Source: the human T2T-CHM13v2.0 reference genome, Homo sapiens. Taken from it: a stretch of 64,000 nt of DNA. The stretch lies in NCBI RefSeq assembly GCF_009914755.1, contig NC_060927.1; one strand, given 5' to 3'. Shown in pieces: positions 30,801 through 41,909 of the stretch. A program made the position numbers and the translations under genes. The notes below the pieces were generated by a model. That model did not search any database, was not told the origin of the DNA, and saw nothing but the letters and a program-made list of their open reading frames with translations. Within the stretch, counting starts at the first letter, position 1, and each line of letters begins with the position of its first letter.

Positions 30801-31279
30801 AGGTCCTCAATGTGAGGTGCTCACCACCTTCCTGACCACCTCCTATTCCCTCCCTTTGGGAAGCTGAAATGGAGCCCAAGAGGGAGGAGCATTAGTGGTC
30901 ATTTGAAGCCATTCTCATGAGAACAAGTGAGAAATATTTGATTCTGCAAAGAGAATTCCATGCTTTTCTGGTTTATTTTTATTTTCAAATGAAGAGAGTT
31001 TGATAAATCTTTTGACAATATGTGACTTTCAGACTTGAAGTACATTCTAAAAAGAATATCCCACAGTAGACCCCTTACATCCAAACACACATTAAGATGC
31101 TGAATCTCCTTCATCCTTGCAAAGTAAATTCTGTGGCTAAAATGCCTAAGTTCTCTTTATCAACTGTCAGCAATAAGCCATACTTTATTCATAAGCTAGG
31201 CTACAGGCAGGACCTGAGAAACCTTAGCATTTTAAGCATATTTAGAAATTCCTTATTTCCATTGCTTTTACATAAAATA

Positions 31280-31722
31280 TAACATTACGATAACATTGAT
31301 GATGTATAAATGCATTGGGCTCTTGCTATTTGGCAAGCACCGTACTATTCTAAAACATGACAAACAACAATATTCTGTGATAGGTAATATTAGTACTCCC
31401 ATTTTATAAGGAAAATAAAAACCAAAAAGTGCATAGTGGTCACTCATGGCAGCCACTTATATTGCACTTACCGTATGCTATCATTGTACTATTTATCTTT
31501 GCCTCTACCTACCTATGCATATATGTCATATATGTATATATAGTATCTATGTATTCTTCACAACAACCCTATAAGAAAAGAATTTTTTTATCCTCATGTG
31601 ACAAAATGGAGGTAAGTAGATAATAAGTCACTTGCTCAGACTCACACAGTAATAAGTGGTGCAGAACAGACTTGGGCCCAAAAGTCCAGTTCAGAGTCCA
31701 TACTCTTAATCACTGTGCTATA
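31280..31722 (-). mobile_element. Two adjacent MIR fragments
   Basis: tactcccattttataagg; cttcacaacaaccctataag...aagtcacttgctcagactcacacag...actcttaatcactgtgctata. Confidence 0.7.
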
Positions 31723-31774
31723 ATGACTATTAAGTGTTCAGAAAATATTTTTTTTAAAAAAAGGATAAATGTAA

Positions 31775-32089
31775 GGCCAGGCTCAGTGGTTCATGCCTGT
31801 AATTCCAGTACTTTGGGAGGCCAAGGCAGGATGATCACTTGAGGCTAGGAGTTCAAGACCAGTCTGTGCAACAGCAACACCCCCTCTACAAAGAAAAAAA
31901 AAAGTATAAAAAATAATTAGCTGCATGTTGTGGCTCATGCCTGTCTTCCTTGCTACTCCAGTGCCTAAGGCAAGAGGATTGCTTGAGCCCAGGAATGTGA
32001 GGCTGCAGTGAGCCATGATAGTACCACTGCCCTCCAGCCTGGGCAAAAGAGCAAGACCTTTTCAAAACAAAAACAAAACAAAAAACAAA
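31775..32089 (+). mobile_element. AluJ
   Basis: Diverged dimer with ggattgcttgagcccagga...gaggctgcagtgagccatgat (J diagnostics); (CAAAA)n tail. Confidence 0.9.
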
Positions 32090-32659
32090 GAAATGAATGG
32101 ATGGGTGTACTTTCCCATGGTGATGATGATGTAGCAAATAAAGAATGGAGCAGAAATTCCTGCTCTTATCCACGATGCAATTATGCGTCTCACTTTATTC
32201 TAAAATGATTTCAGTTGGCATGGATTTTCCCTTAAAAAACAAAATACTCAGTTTTCTGCATTCATCAGTGATATGGTGAGACATTAATTGCAAGGTGAGC
32301 GTAGAGCCTCCTAGAGAGTGCAAATGTATTTTACCTGGTGTTCTTTTCAGTAATTGGATAAAATATTCTAAATATATTGTGGAAAAGTTAATTTAGAAAT
32401 CAGAAATTAGCTAACAAACTCTCCTGTGAACAGAAGGAAGAAAGTCACTTGGTTTAACATGACCAATTTTAATATTTTAAGATATCAGAAAGGACAAGAG
32501 GGGCTGATAGAGACAGAATCTATAGGGATTGCCTGTGATGGGAGATCCAGTGTAGTATGAAAAGCTAAGCTTTTATTATTCATACTTTTCAATTTGCAGG
32601 TAATGCCCGGTTCCTTAAAACTGGGAAATCTTTGAAAATTTTAATCCTTTCTAAAAATA

Positions 32660-34005
32660 TAGACTTTATTTTTAGACCAGTTTTAAGGTCACAGAAAATT
32701 GAACAGGAAGTACATAGCTTTTCCATATAGCCCTTGCCCCTACACATGAATAGCCTCTTCTGTGATCAACATCCCCCCATCAGTGCTTCATCTATTATAA
32801 TACAACTGATGAGCCTAGGTTGACACATCACCACCCAAAGTTAATTCTTTATATTAGGTTCCTTTTTTGTGTTGTACATTTTATGCGTCTGGAAAACTGT
32901 AAAACAACATGTATCCACCTTACAGTATCATACAGAATATTTTCACTGCCTTAAATATCCCGTGTTTCGCCTATTCATTGATCCCTTCACCCAACCCTTG
33001 ACATTTACTGATCCTTTTACTGTCTCCGCAGTTTTACTTTTTCCAAAATGTCACGTATTAATAGTTGGAATCATACAGTATGTAGCCTTTTCAGACTGGC
33101 TTCTTTAGTAATATGAATCTAAGTTTCATCCATGTCTTTCATTTCTTGATAGATCATTACATTATTTCAGTGAATAACATTTCATTTCATGTACCAGATT
33201 TTATGTATTTATTCACTTACTGAAAGACACTTGGTTGCTTCTAAGCTTGACATTGTGGATAAAGTTGCAATGAACATCTATGTGCATGTTTTTTTGTGGA
33301 GATGTGTTTTCAGTTCCTTTAGACAAATACCAAAAAGTGTGATTGTTGAATCATATGGTAAGAAAACGTCAAGTTTTGTAAGAAATAGCTAATCTGTTTT
33401 CCAAGGTGGCTACCCCACTTTGCATTTCCACCAGCAATGAATGGGAGCTCTTGTTGCTCCATATCCTTGTCAGCATTTGGTGTTTGTGTTCTGGATTTAG
33501 CCCACTGTAATAGGTGTACAGTGGATCTCATCTTTGTTTCGCTTTGCATTTCCATAATGTCATACAACGTGGAGCATCTTTTTATATGCTTGGTTGCCAT
33601 CTGTATATATTATTTGGTGAGTTATTTGTTAAGGTATTTGACTCATTTTTAATAGTATTTTGTTTCTTATTGTTGAGTTTTAAGAGTTCTTTGTATTAGG
33701 TTGGCATAAAGGTAATTGTAGTTTTTACCATTACTTTTGTACAAACCTAATATATTTTGGACAACAGACTTTTATTAAACATGTCTTTTTCAATTTGTTT
33801 TCTATACTGTAGCTTGTCTTCACTTTTTATTCTTTTTGTACCATCATTCACAGGTCAGAAAAATTTAATTTTAATGAAGTTCAGCTTATCAGTTCTTTCT
33901 TTTATGGCTCACATCATTGGTGATGTATCTAAAAAAGTATAGCCAATCCTATGTCATGTAGATTTATCATACGTTGTCTTCTAGAAGTTTTACAGTTTTG
34001 TGTTC
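32660..34005 (-). mobile_element. L1MC1/L1MD-like 3' UTR and ORF2 end
   Basis: agactttatttttagaccagttttaaggtcacagaaaattga; peptide KHIKRCST...DKDMEQQELPFIAGGNAKW. Confidence 0.85.
33696..33750. mobile_element. MADE1 (Hsmar1 MITE), internally deleted
   Basis: ttaggttggcataaaggtaattg...attacttttgtacaaacctaa flanked by TA/TA; 55 bp versus 80-bp consensus. Confidence 0.85.
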
Positions 34006-34046
34006 TGAAAAAGCTGCTATAAGATTAATTAAGAATAAGAAAAATA

Positions 34047-34353
34047 GGCCAGGTGTGGTGGCTTACACCTGTAATCCCAGCACTTTGGGAGTCCGAAGCA
34101 AGCAGATCACCTGAGGTCAGGAGTTCGAGGCCAGCTTGGCCAACATGGCGAAACCCCATCTCTAATAAGAATACAAAAAAAATTAGCCAGGCATGGTGGC
34201 ACACACCTGTAATCCCAGCTACTCAGGGGGCTGAGGCAGGAGAATCGCTTGAACCCAGGAGGCAGAGGTTGCAGTCAGCTGAGATCACACCACTGTACTC
34301 TAGCCTGGGTGACAGAGTGAGACTCCATCTCAAAAAAAAAAAAAGAAAAAAAA
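34047..34353 (+). mobile_element. AluSx-like
   Basis: Full dimer with gatcacctgaggtcaggagttcgag; A-rich tail. Confidence 0.93.
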
Positions 34354-34359
34354 GTTTTT

Positions 34360-36210
34360 TAAAATTTCATTTTCACTTATTTGTTCTCCAATACTGTTTC
34401 TGTATGTAGACCTGAGTTTCTGCCCAATGTCATTTTCCTTTTCTCTAATAAACTTCTAATCTTTCTTTCAAGACTAATATACCAGCAACAAATTCTCCAG
34501 ATTTTTATGTCTGAGAAAGTCTTTATTTCTTCTTCACTTTTGAAAGATAATTTCACAGAATACAAATTTCTAGGTTGGTAATTTTTTTTCTCTCAACACT
34601 GTAAATATTTTATTTTACTCTCTTCTTGTTTGCATAGTTTAATCAGATTTAATTCTTATTTTTGCTCCTCTAAGTGTAAGGCATTTTATCTTCTGGCTTC
34701 TTTTAGGATTTTCTCTCTTTAAGTTTCTGTAGCTTGAAAATGACATGCACAGGTGTAGTTTTGTGGCATTTATTCTACTTGGTGATTTCTGAGCTTCTTG
34801 GATCAATGGTTGGGCATCTGGCATTATTTGGGAAAATTCTAATTTCTTATTGTTTCAAATATTTTTTGGTTCCTTTCTCTTTCTCTTTTTCTTCTGGTAA
34901 TCCCATTATAGATATGTCATACCTTTTGTAATTGTCTCGCAGTCCCCTTGGATATTGTTCTTGTTTTGTGTTGTTGTTGTTTGTTTGTTTGTCTTTTTTA
35001 CTCTTTGCTTTTCAGTTTTGGAGGTTTCTATTGAGTTATCCTAAAGCTTAGAGATTCTTTACTAAGACATGTTCAATCTGCTAATGGTAATCTATGCCCA
35101 TCAAAGACATTCTTTATTTCTGTTACAGTGTTTCTGATATCCAGGATTTTTTGTCTTCTTTTTTGCTTAGAATTTCTCTCTCTCTCCTTACATTGTTCAT
35201 GTGTTCATTCATGCTGTCTACTTTATCCAGTACAGCCTTAGCATATTAATCATGGTTGTTTTAGTACCCAATTTGATATTTTTAACATTCTTACCATATC
35301 TGAGTCTGGTTTTAGTGCTTGTTCTATCTTTCAAACTAAGTATTTCGTTTGTAGTATGTCTTGTAATTTTTTTCTTCATAGCCAGACATGATGTATTGGG
35401 TAAAAGGAACTGCCAGAAATAAGTCTTTAGTATGTGACAGTGAGGCGTGGGGGAGGGAAAGTGTTCTATATTCCTTTGATCAGGCCTTAGTCTTTTAGTA
35501 AGCCTGTACATTGGATTGTGAATTTCACAAGTGTTTCTCAATATCCTTCCTGCCCCAGTGGGACAAGATGGCTAGATTGGGCTGGAGCTCAGTATTTTCC
35601 TTACTCCCCATAGAAGGCTAGAGCAGCTGGAGTGAGAGATTTCCCTTTCTCCAGGTAACTTAAGCTCTGAGAAAACCCCAGCAGGTTAGACTCTGTTTAA
35701 ATAGTTTCTCCTGAGGGCAGATTTTGTTAAGAAGAATAGAATGTTCTGGTGTGTTTCAGGATGGTTATTTTCCCCTCCTCCTGCCAGAAGCAAGACAAGA
35801 TTTTTCTTTGATAATCACTGTGACGATCTGGTAGAGCTCCTGGAGGTAAAACTCACAGAAACTCACAAAACCGGGTTCCCCTGGAGTTTTTAAAGCTAAG
35901 TTGTCTACACTAAGCCTCAAGCAATTGAGTTGTCTACACTAAGCCTCAAGCAATTGTTAAGTACAGCTCAGGTTTTCCTACTCCAGCACTGTCTCCTACA
36001 GAAGTTGATGCTCATGGGTTTCTGTTTCAGAAAATTGTGATTCTCTATATTTACCATTGGGTTTCTCCAATTTGGTGGGTAGCAGTTTGCCCTGGGACCT
36101 TACTTCTCATATAGCTCTAGGAAGAATTCTTTATTTTTTTAGTTTTTTCACATTTACTTGTTGTAGGATGGAGTGGCAACTACCAAGAATCTACCAGAAC
36201 CAGAAACCGA
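34360..36210 (-). mobile_element. L1MD-like ORF1 and 5' UTR
   Basis: ORF1p-like peptides KLSFKSEEEIKTFSD and IQEAQKSPSRIN...GAKIRIKSD; 5' UTR homologous to 1690-2225. Confidence 0.8.
35899..35956. repeat. Perfect 29-bp tandem duplication
   Basis: agttgtctacactaagcctcaagcaattg x2. Confidence 0.95.
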
Positions 36211-38359
36211 ATGCCCTTTCCCCCTCTAGATCCTCGATATCTCCTAGATACTGGAGGAATAGATTATTTTGGTCAAGTGAATTCAGGTTTAAAATCTAAA
36301 TTTAAATTTATGTAGATATGCTCAGCTGGCTCTTCTTTTAAAATAATTACTATTTGTATGACTATCAGAAAATATAGAAAAGCAATAAGATGAAATTTAA
36401 AAACCAATATTTAATTAATATATGGATGTATATTCTAACCAGTGTTAATTGCTTATTTATGTCTGTATTTTACAAAGTAAAGATCATACCTTCATATTGA
36501 TTTGTTTATATATAGTCATAATTTATAATGTAATATATTTTTCAAAACAATTTCAATGAAAGCAGAGTATTTTATCAGGTAGGTGACCATACTATGTTGA
36601 CTTAATCCCCAATTAAACATTAAGTTTTCCTGTTATAAACAATAGTATAGGGAGCATTTCTGAGCACTGTCTGCATCTTTTAAAGGATCTTCACATTAAC
36701 TGTTTCTCAATAATTTAATGAGGGATTAATATCTTAAGAAAAAAGCTTATGAACACTATTTTTGCAAAGTATATCAAAATAGAAAAAACTAGAAGTGCTA
36801 TGTGCTATTTATTTCATAAGCAAAAGCATCAGTCAGGTCTAAATTCAATACATGGTTATCAAATAATAGTAGTCTAAATTTTATCTTTATTGCAACAGTT
36901 GAAAAAAAAACCTTATTACTCAGATTATTCCAGTTTCAGTTTAGCGTATTTGAAATGATAATTTCATGATGTTTATATATATTATTAATGAGCCCATGTA
37001 AAAAAAAATAGAGAGATAGCATATTCTTTTCAAAAAAATTTCCAAGTAATCACCATATGCAATTAACACATTTTAAAGGAAATTGGAATTTTATGGAATG
37101 ACATAAACACCATCCATGTGCATAATACTTTAATCTGTATTAAAGACCATGTAAAATTTGAAAAATCACTTACTATCCAAAGATAATTTAAAATTTACAA
37201 AAGCACTTACATGTTCACACATTAGTGTTCATTGAAAGTACAGTGAATAAAATGAAACATATACTCATATAAAACACCCGTATTCCCCAAAAAGAACAAA
37301 CATACTCAAGTTTATATTACCAGTATAGTTCCACTTCACTATTTCTTGCTGTCACTTAGCAATTTATATTGGTTAACTAATACCTCTTTTAAAAAGTAAC
37401 TATCCCAAGGAAGTTTAAGATAAATGTTCTCCTTAGTGTGATTTAGTTTGGTTGTTTGTTTTTAATATTTAGCTGAATTTATTGTTCCTAATGTGAACAG
37501 CTGATACTCTTTGGGTAAGAGGAAGGGTTGAGCGTGGACAGAGAAGGTTGCAGTTTGTAGCTCTTCATGAAAGTCCAGTCCTGGCTGTGGTATGAGATTG
37601 GCATGTAACCAGACAACAGCTGGAGGACACTTTCTTAGTGTTGTTACTCTACAACTACTCACTCTATTAATGAGTTACCAAATAAATACTTGCTTTTCTA
37701 AGAGGGAGTGGTAAAAAAAAATGAGGTAAAAAAAATCTAAAAGACAAACTATTTTATCAAGCACTGATTTCTCATCATTTTCTCTGTTCAGGAAATACCC
37801 ACAAAAAGGTAAAACATTTCTCTCTCAAGAAAGTGACTTTGAGAGATTCTGGGCGTGAAAGCAGGCAAGAGTTTTCTGCACAATCAGAGACTGAGTCCAA
37901 ACGTAGCCTCAGCCATTCAGTCTTAGGCCAGGCGTGGAAAGTCTGTTTTGCAAGCTTCAGCTGTTTTGTAAGCTGATGCTGGGGAGCATAAGGGAGGCTA
38001 GTGAAGCTGATGAGATGAAGAGCAAAGCTGGTGGAGTCCAATCAGAGTGAGGTTAATAAGGAAATTCCAGCCAAAACATGGTAAGGAAGAACTGAAACAG
38101 TGCCCAAATTCTGGCAATGAGTTTTGTGGGAATGAGTTTGAAATCAAACTCTAGCTAGTTGCCTGGAGTATCTTCCTGGACTGCCAAGTGGTTGCTCGTG
38201 CTTTAGATGGACACCTTGGTTTTCCACATGGAACATATAGAGTGAAGAATAACTCATGGGTCTTCTACCCACCAGGAGTGTACAGTTTATTAGTTCTAAA
38301 CCAGAGACTTGCTGGCTTTCACAGGTGACATTGTGGTAATGTTGGAGAGCACTTCTTGT

Positions 38360-38500
38360 CCAGTGTGTGATTATGTGGCATACATCTGTAGTCTCAGTTA
38401 CTCAGGAGGCTGAGGCTGGAGGATTACTTTAACCCAGGAGTTTGAGCCCAGCCTAGGTACCATAGTGAGACCCATGTCTCTAACAATAACCAACAACAAA
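38360..38500 (+). mobile_element. FLAM_A-like Alu monomer
   Basis: ctgtagtctcagttactcaggaggctgagg...cccaggagtttgagcccagcctagg..catagtgagaccc followed by an A-rich tail. Confidence 0.8.
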
Positions 38501-38744
38501 GTTGGACTGGAGTTTCCATTAAAAAAAAAAGACAACACCACTCTTTTACACTGCCAAAGTCTCCATGTTTTCCTTATTTCCAGTTATCTCATTGTTCATA
38601 TCATAACCTCTTCCTAAATTCCTTCACAAGACTTTTCTTACAAGGATTTTTAAAAAGTCTATGACATCAGGCTGCTTCTGATATTGCAAGCAAGGTCTCT
38701 AGTCCTCTAAGTTAACTTGGATGTAAGGCTTTAATCATCTATTA

Positions 38745-38930
38745 CAGTGATTTGAAATGGTAGTGGGTATAAAATTCACTTGGACAGCATATTAAAACAC
38801 AGATCATTGGACCCTATGCCCAGAATCCCTGATTTAGTAACTTTAAAATTGGGCCTGAGAGTTTGCTCATCTAACAAGTATTTAATTGATACTGATGATG
38901 CTGAATGAGGGACAATTTGAGGAGAATTGA
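38745..38930. mobile_element. MER5A (hAT-Charlie MITE)
   Basis: ttaaaacacagat...cccagaatccctgatttagtaa...gggcctgagagtttgc..tctaacaag...tgatactgatgatgctg. Confidence 0.7.
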
Positions 38931-39547
38931 TTGAAAAGACCCTTGCTTATTATGGCATATAAGGATATGTCTGCATCTTCGTAGCTGTATGTATATACAA
39001 GTGTCTGGCTGCATGTAATATATAGCTAGACACATACAGTCAAAATGCCATGAATTACAGAATTTTACACATTTCATTCAGCAAAACAGAAAACTGGGAG
39101 ACTAGATAGGTCACTTATGAAACTTAGACAATGTATATTTTCAGTTTTCTTATTCTTCAGTCAAGCATGTTCATTGAGCATCCAGTTAACACATACTGAG
39201 TGAGAATATATAGAAAACCCTTGAAATATAGGGTGACTAAACTCAAAGAGCAAAAGGATAAATCAACAATGGCTAACCCAATGATCGGATATTACTGATT
39301 CTTATCTAATAGTAACCATCAGAAACATCAGGGAAGCTTTTACAAAGCATATATACTCAAACCCTACTGCAAAGTTTTAAGATCCTTGGAAGGTAATGAA
39401 TTAGTGAAAACTGCTATAGAAAATAATAATTGAGGAAACTGAATAAGGACTGTAAGTTTCTCTAAACTTACTAATTCCATTTGTTTTCATCTAGGTTATT
39501 ACTAAGTAGGAATCACACTTTCTCTCCTGTTATTGAGAAGTTCATAC

Positions 39548-40076
39548 TGTCATCATGCATGTGTGCCAAATGCCTCTAGTGCTTTGTGACACACTCCCAT
39601 GTATTTCACCCACAGTTGCAGAGGGCAGTTCTTTGAAAGTTCAGACTCACCTTGCACTGCCAGCCTGCACCAACAAGTACTAAGTCCTCCTGAATTCTGC
39701 CAAGGGCCTTCTGTTATATTCCAGTGCTCACTGGACCCATGTTTGTATGCTCTTTCTGAAAGTACAAGGGAGGTAATACCCAAGGGATAATCCTCATCCA
39801 ATAGGCAATGAAGCCAGTGGATAAATGCCAAGGCTGGCTATTCATCTGCAGGTGGGCAGTTCTGGAAGCTCTTCTACCTGCTCCTCAGGAAGCCTCAAGA
39901 ATGGAATGAAGTCCCTATTATTCACAGGAAGCACATTGATGACAACTTTTTATCTGACTTTTCTTTTACTTCCTTGTTCTATTCACTCATTCCTGGTTCT
40001 TGAGGTCACTTCCCAAATTAACCTCCAGTACTCAAGTCCTTTTCTCAGACTCTATAGGGAGCCACAGATTAAAACA
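39548..40076 (+). mobile_element. LTR16-family (ERVL) solo LTR
   Basis: gccagtggataaatgcc; 3' end ggtcacttcccaaattaacc...ctcaagtccttttctcagactct...aaaaca. Confidence 0.7.
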
Positions 40077-41219
40077 TTTCGTGGTGTAGAAAATTGGCAA
40101 AATATGTATTACTAAAAAAAAAATGCAGCTTCCTAGTGAACTTTTTTTTTCAAAAGATGGTGTGCATGAAGGCAGAAGCAATATAAGGATATATAAATAT
40201 TAGTAGCCATTTGTTTAAGGATTAATAAATTTGAATTAAAAATCATGGATTTCATCAAAAGGAACAAGATACAAATTTAATAGATTGCAAAATTTGACTC
40301 TTATTCTTACCTAAAAGGAATCTGAGCAAATAACTGGTCTCAAAGTAATAGTTAACAAAGCTTCAAAGCTTTTAGGTTATTCGCTATCACAAACTAAACA
40401 AAGCAAAAGAGACCAGACATTCCCTTTATGCTGCTGGCTTCTGCCACTTTTCTTAAGACCTCTATTGCCCCTCCTAAGCAGATAATAAGACCTGTGATGC
40501 TTCATCTAGATGCACAGAGCTTATGGTGAGAACAACAATTTAAAGGGAGGCAACTCATGCTGATGTAATTGGTGTAAATCTTGGATTGAATCATAGTGTC
40601 CTAAGATTAATCTAAATTGTAAACCAGTGGCATTTTTTGTTAGTCTTTTTTTCCTTAACCTTATGTATGTCACTAGAATTTATCAAATCAATATAATCAA
40701 CATCCTGGTAATGACTGAATTTGAAGGGAAACCAGTAGTATGCTGGATATTAAGAGCAAAGCCATACAAAGATAGACAATTAACAAATCACCATACATGT
40801 CTGAACATCAAGGCTTATTTTGAAAAGCAAAAGGTCAACAGTGATTATTCACTTTCTCATGAAGCTTGTCTGTAATCTGCCAATAGACAGGAAAAATGAG
40901 CCACTCATAAGTAACATAAAACATAAGACCAGTCTGCCCTTTGGAGATCACCCAGTCAAGACATTTCAAATACAGCTGTTCTCACTTTCCAACCCTAATT
41001 GATTAATATCATCTGCTAGATTAGTCTTGTTCAGAATGATTCTGGGTTTGCGCTTCCACATCTAGAAGAAGTTATTAATTCTTTCTTACAACATTAGGAC
41101 TTAGATTTTGAAGAAATTATTAACATTTTTAAATTAAAAAATTTAAAAATAACTGGGTTAGGACTCAATCTAGTGGCTCTGAAATGTGACTATAGCTTAT
41201 CTAGGACATGTTGGACGTC

Positions 41220-41520
41220 ATTTTTAAAATTGAGCTACAATAAATATAGCATAAAGTATATTAAGTATATTAATTTTAAGTATATAGCTTTGTGAAGTTC
41301 TGCATAAGAAAACAATTGTGGTGACTATCACCTTGATCAAGATGTAAAACTCTTGCAGCACTCCAGAAGTTTCCCTTAAGCCCTCTCCCAATCAATAACT
41401 CATAGGTAACCACCATTTTGTCTTCTATTATCATTGATTTGTTCTATATGTTCTTAAACTACATAAAAATGGAATCATAGATGAACTTGAAGATATTTCT
41501 ATCAGTGTGGGCTTATTATT
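41220..41520 (-). mobile_element. L1ME-like 3' end
   Basis: atcaagatgtaaaac...cactccagaagtttccc...ggtaaccaccatt...cataaaaatggaatcata. Confidence 0.65.
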
Positions 41521-41876
41521 TGTGTCTGCGCTGGCAACTGATTATTCACAGTAAGTTGATTGAGAGCCCAATATCTTAGAAAGAGAAAACTTATTCTACT
41601 TTACAAAAGAAATTATTATGGAGAGAGGGTTATATTAGATCCTACGCAAACCTCTACTAATGTCAGTGCAATGCCTCTTTAAAACAGGTCTAAATTGGCA
41701 CCTGTACCTAGAAAAGACTTTCTTAAAAACCAGATACTCTGAACAAACTCACCATATGGATAACTAGAAATGTTAGATAAAATATATAAAACAGCCTTGT
41801 AAAAGCAAAGATGACCTCAGAAGCCTCCAAATAAAATTGCCAAGGACCAGGAAGAAATTTTTAAAAACCTAAAAAT

Positions 41877-41909
41877 GGCCAGGCGCGGTGGCTCACGCCT
41901 GTAATCCCA
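41877..41909 (+). mobile_element. Alu 5' head fragment (33 nt) fused to L1 5' UTR
   Basis: ggccaggcgcggtggctcacgcctgtaatccca preceded by tt|aaaaacctaaaaat; the Alu match ends abruptly. Confidence 0.9.

Noticed and set aside
34053-34409. 118-aa ORF
   Set aside because: Standard Alu-derived reading frame
37462-38041. 66- and 88-aa minus-strand ORFs in unique sequence as possible exons
   Set aside because: No recognisable domain or convincing paired splice sites; lengths are expected by chance
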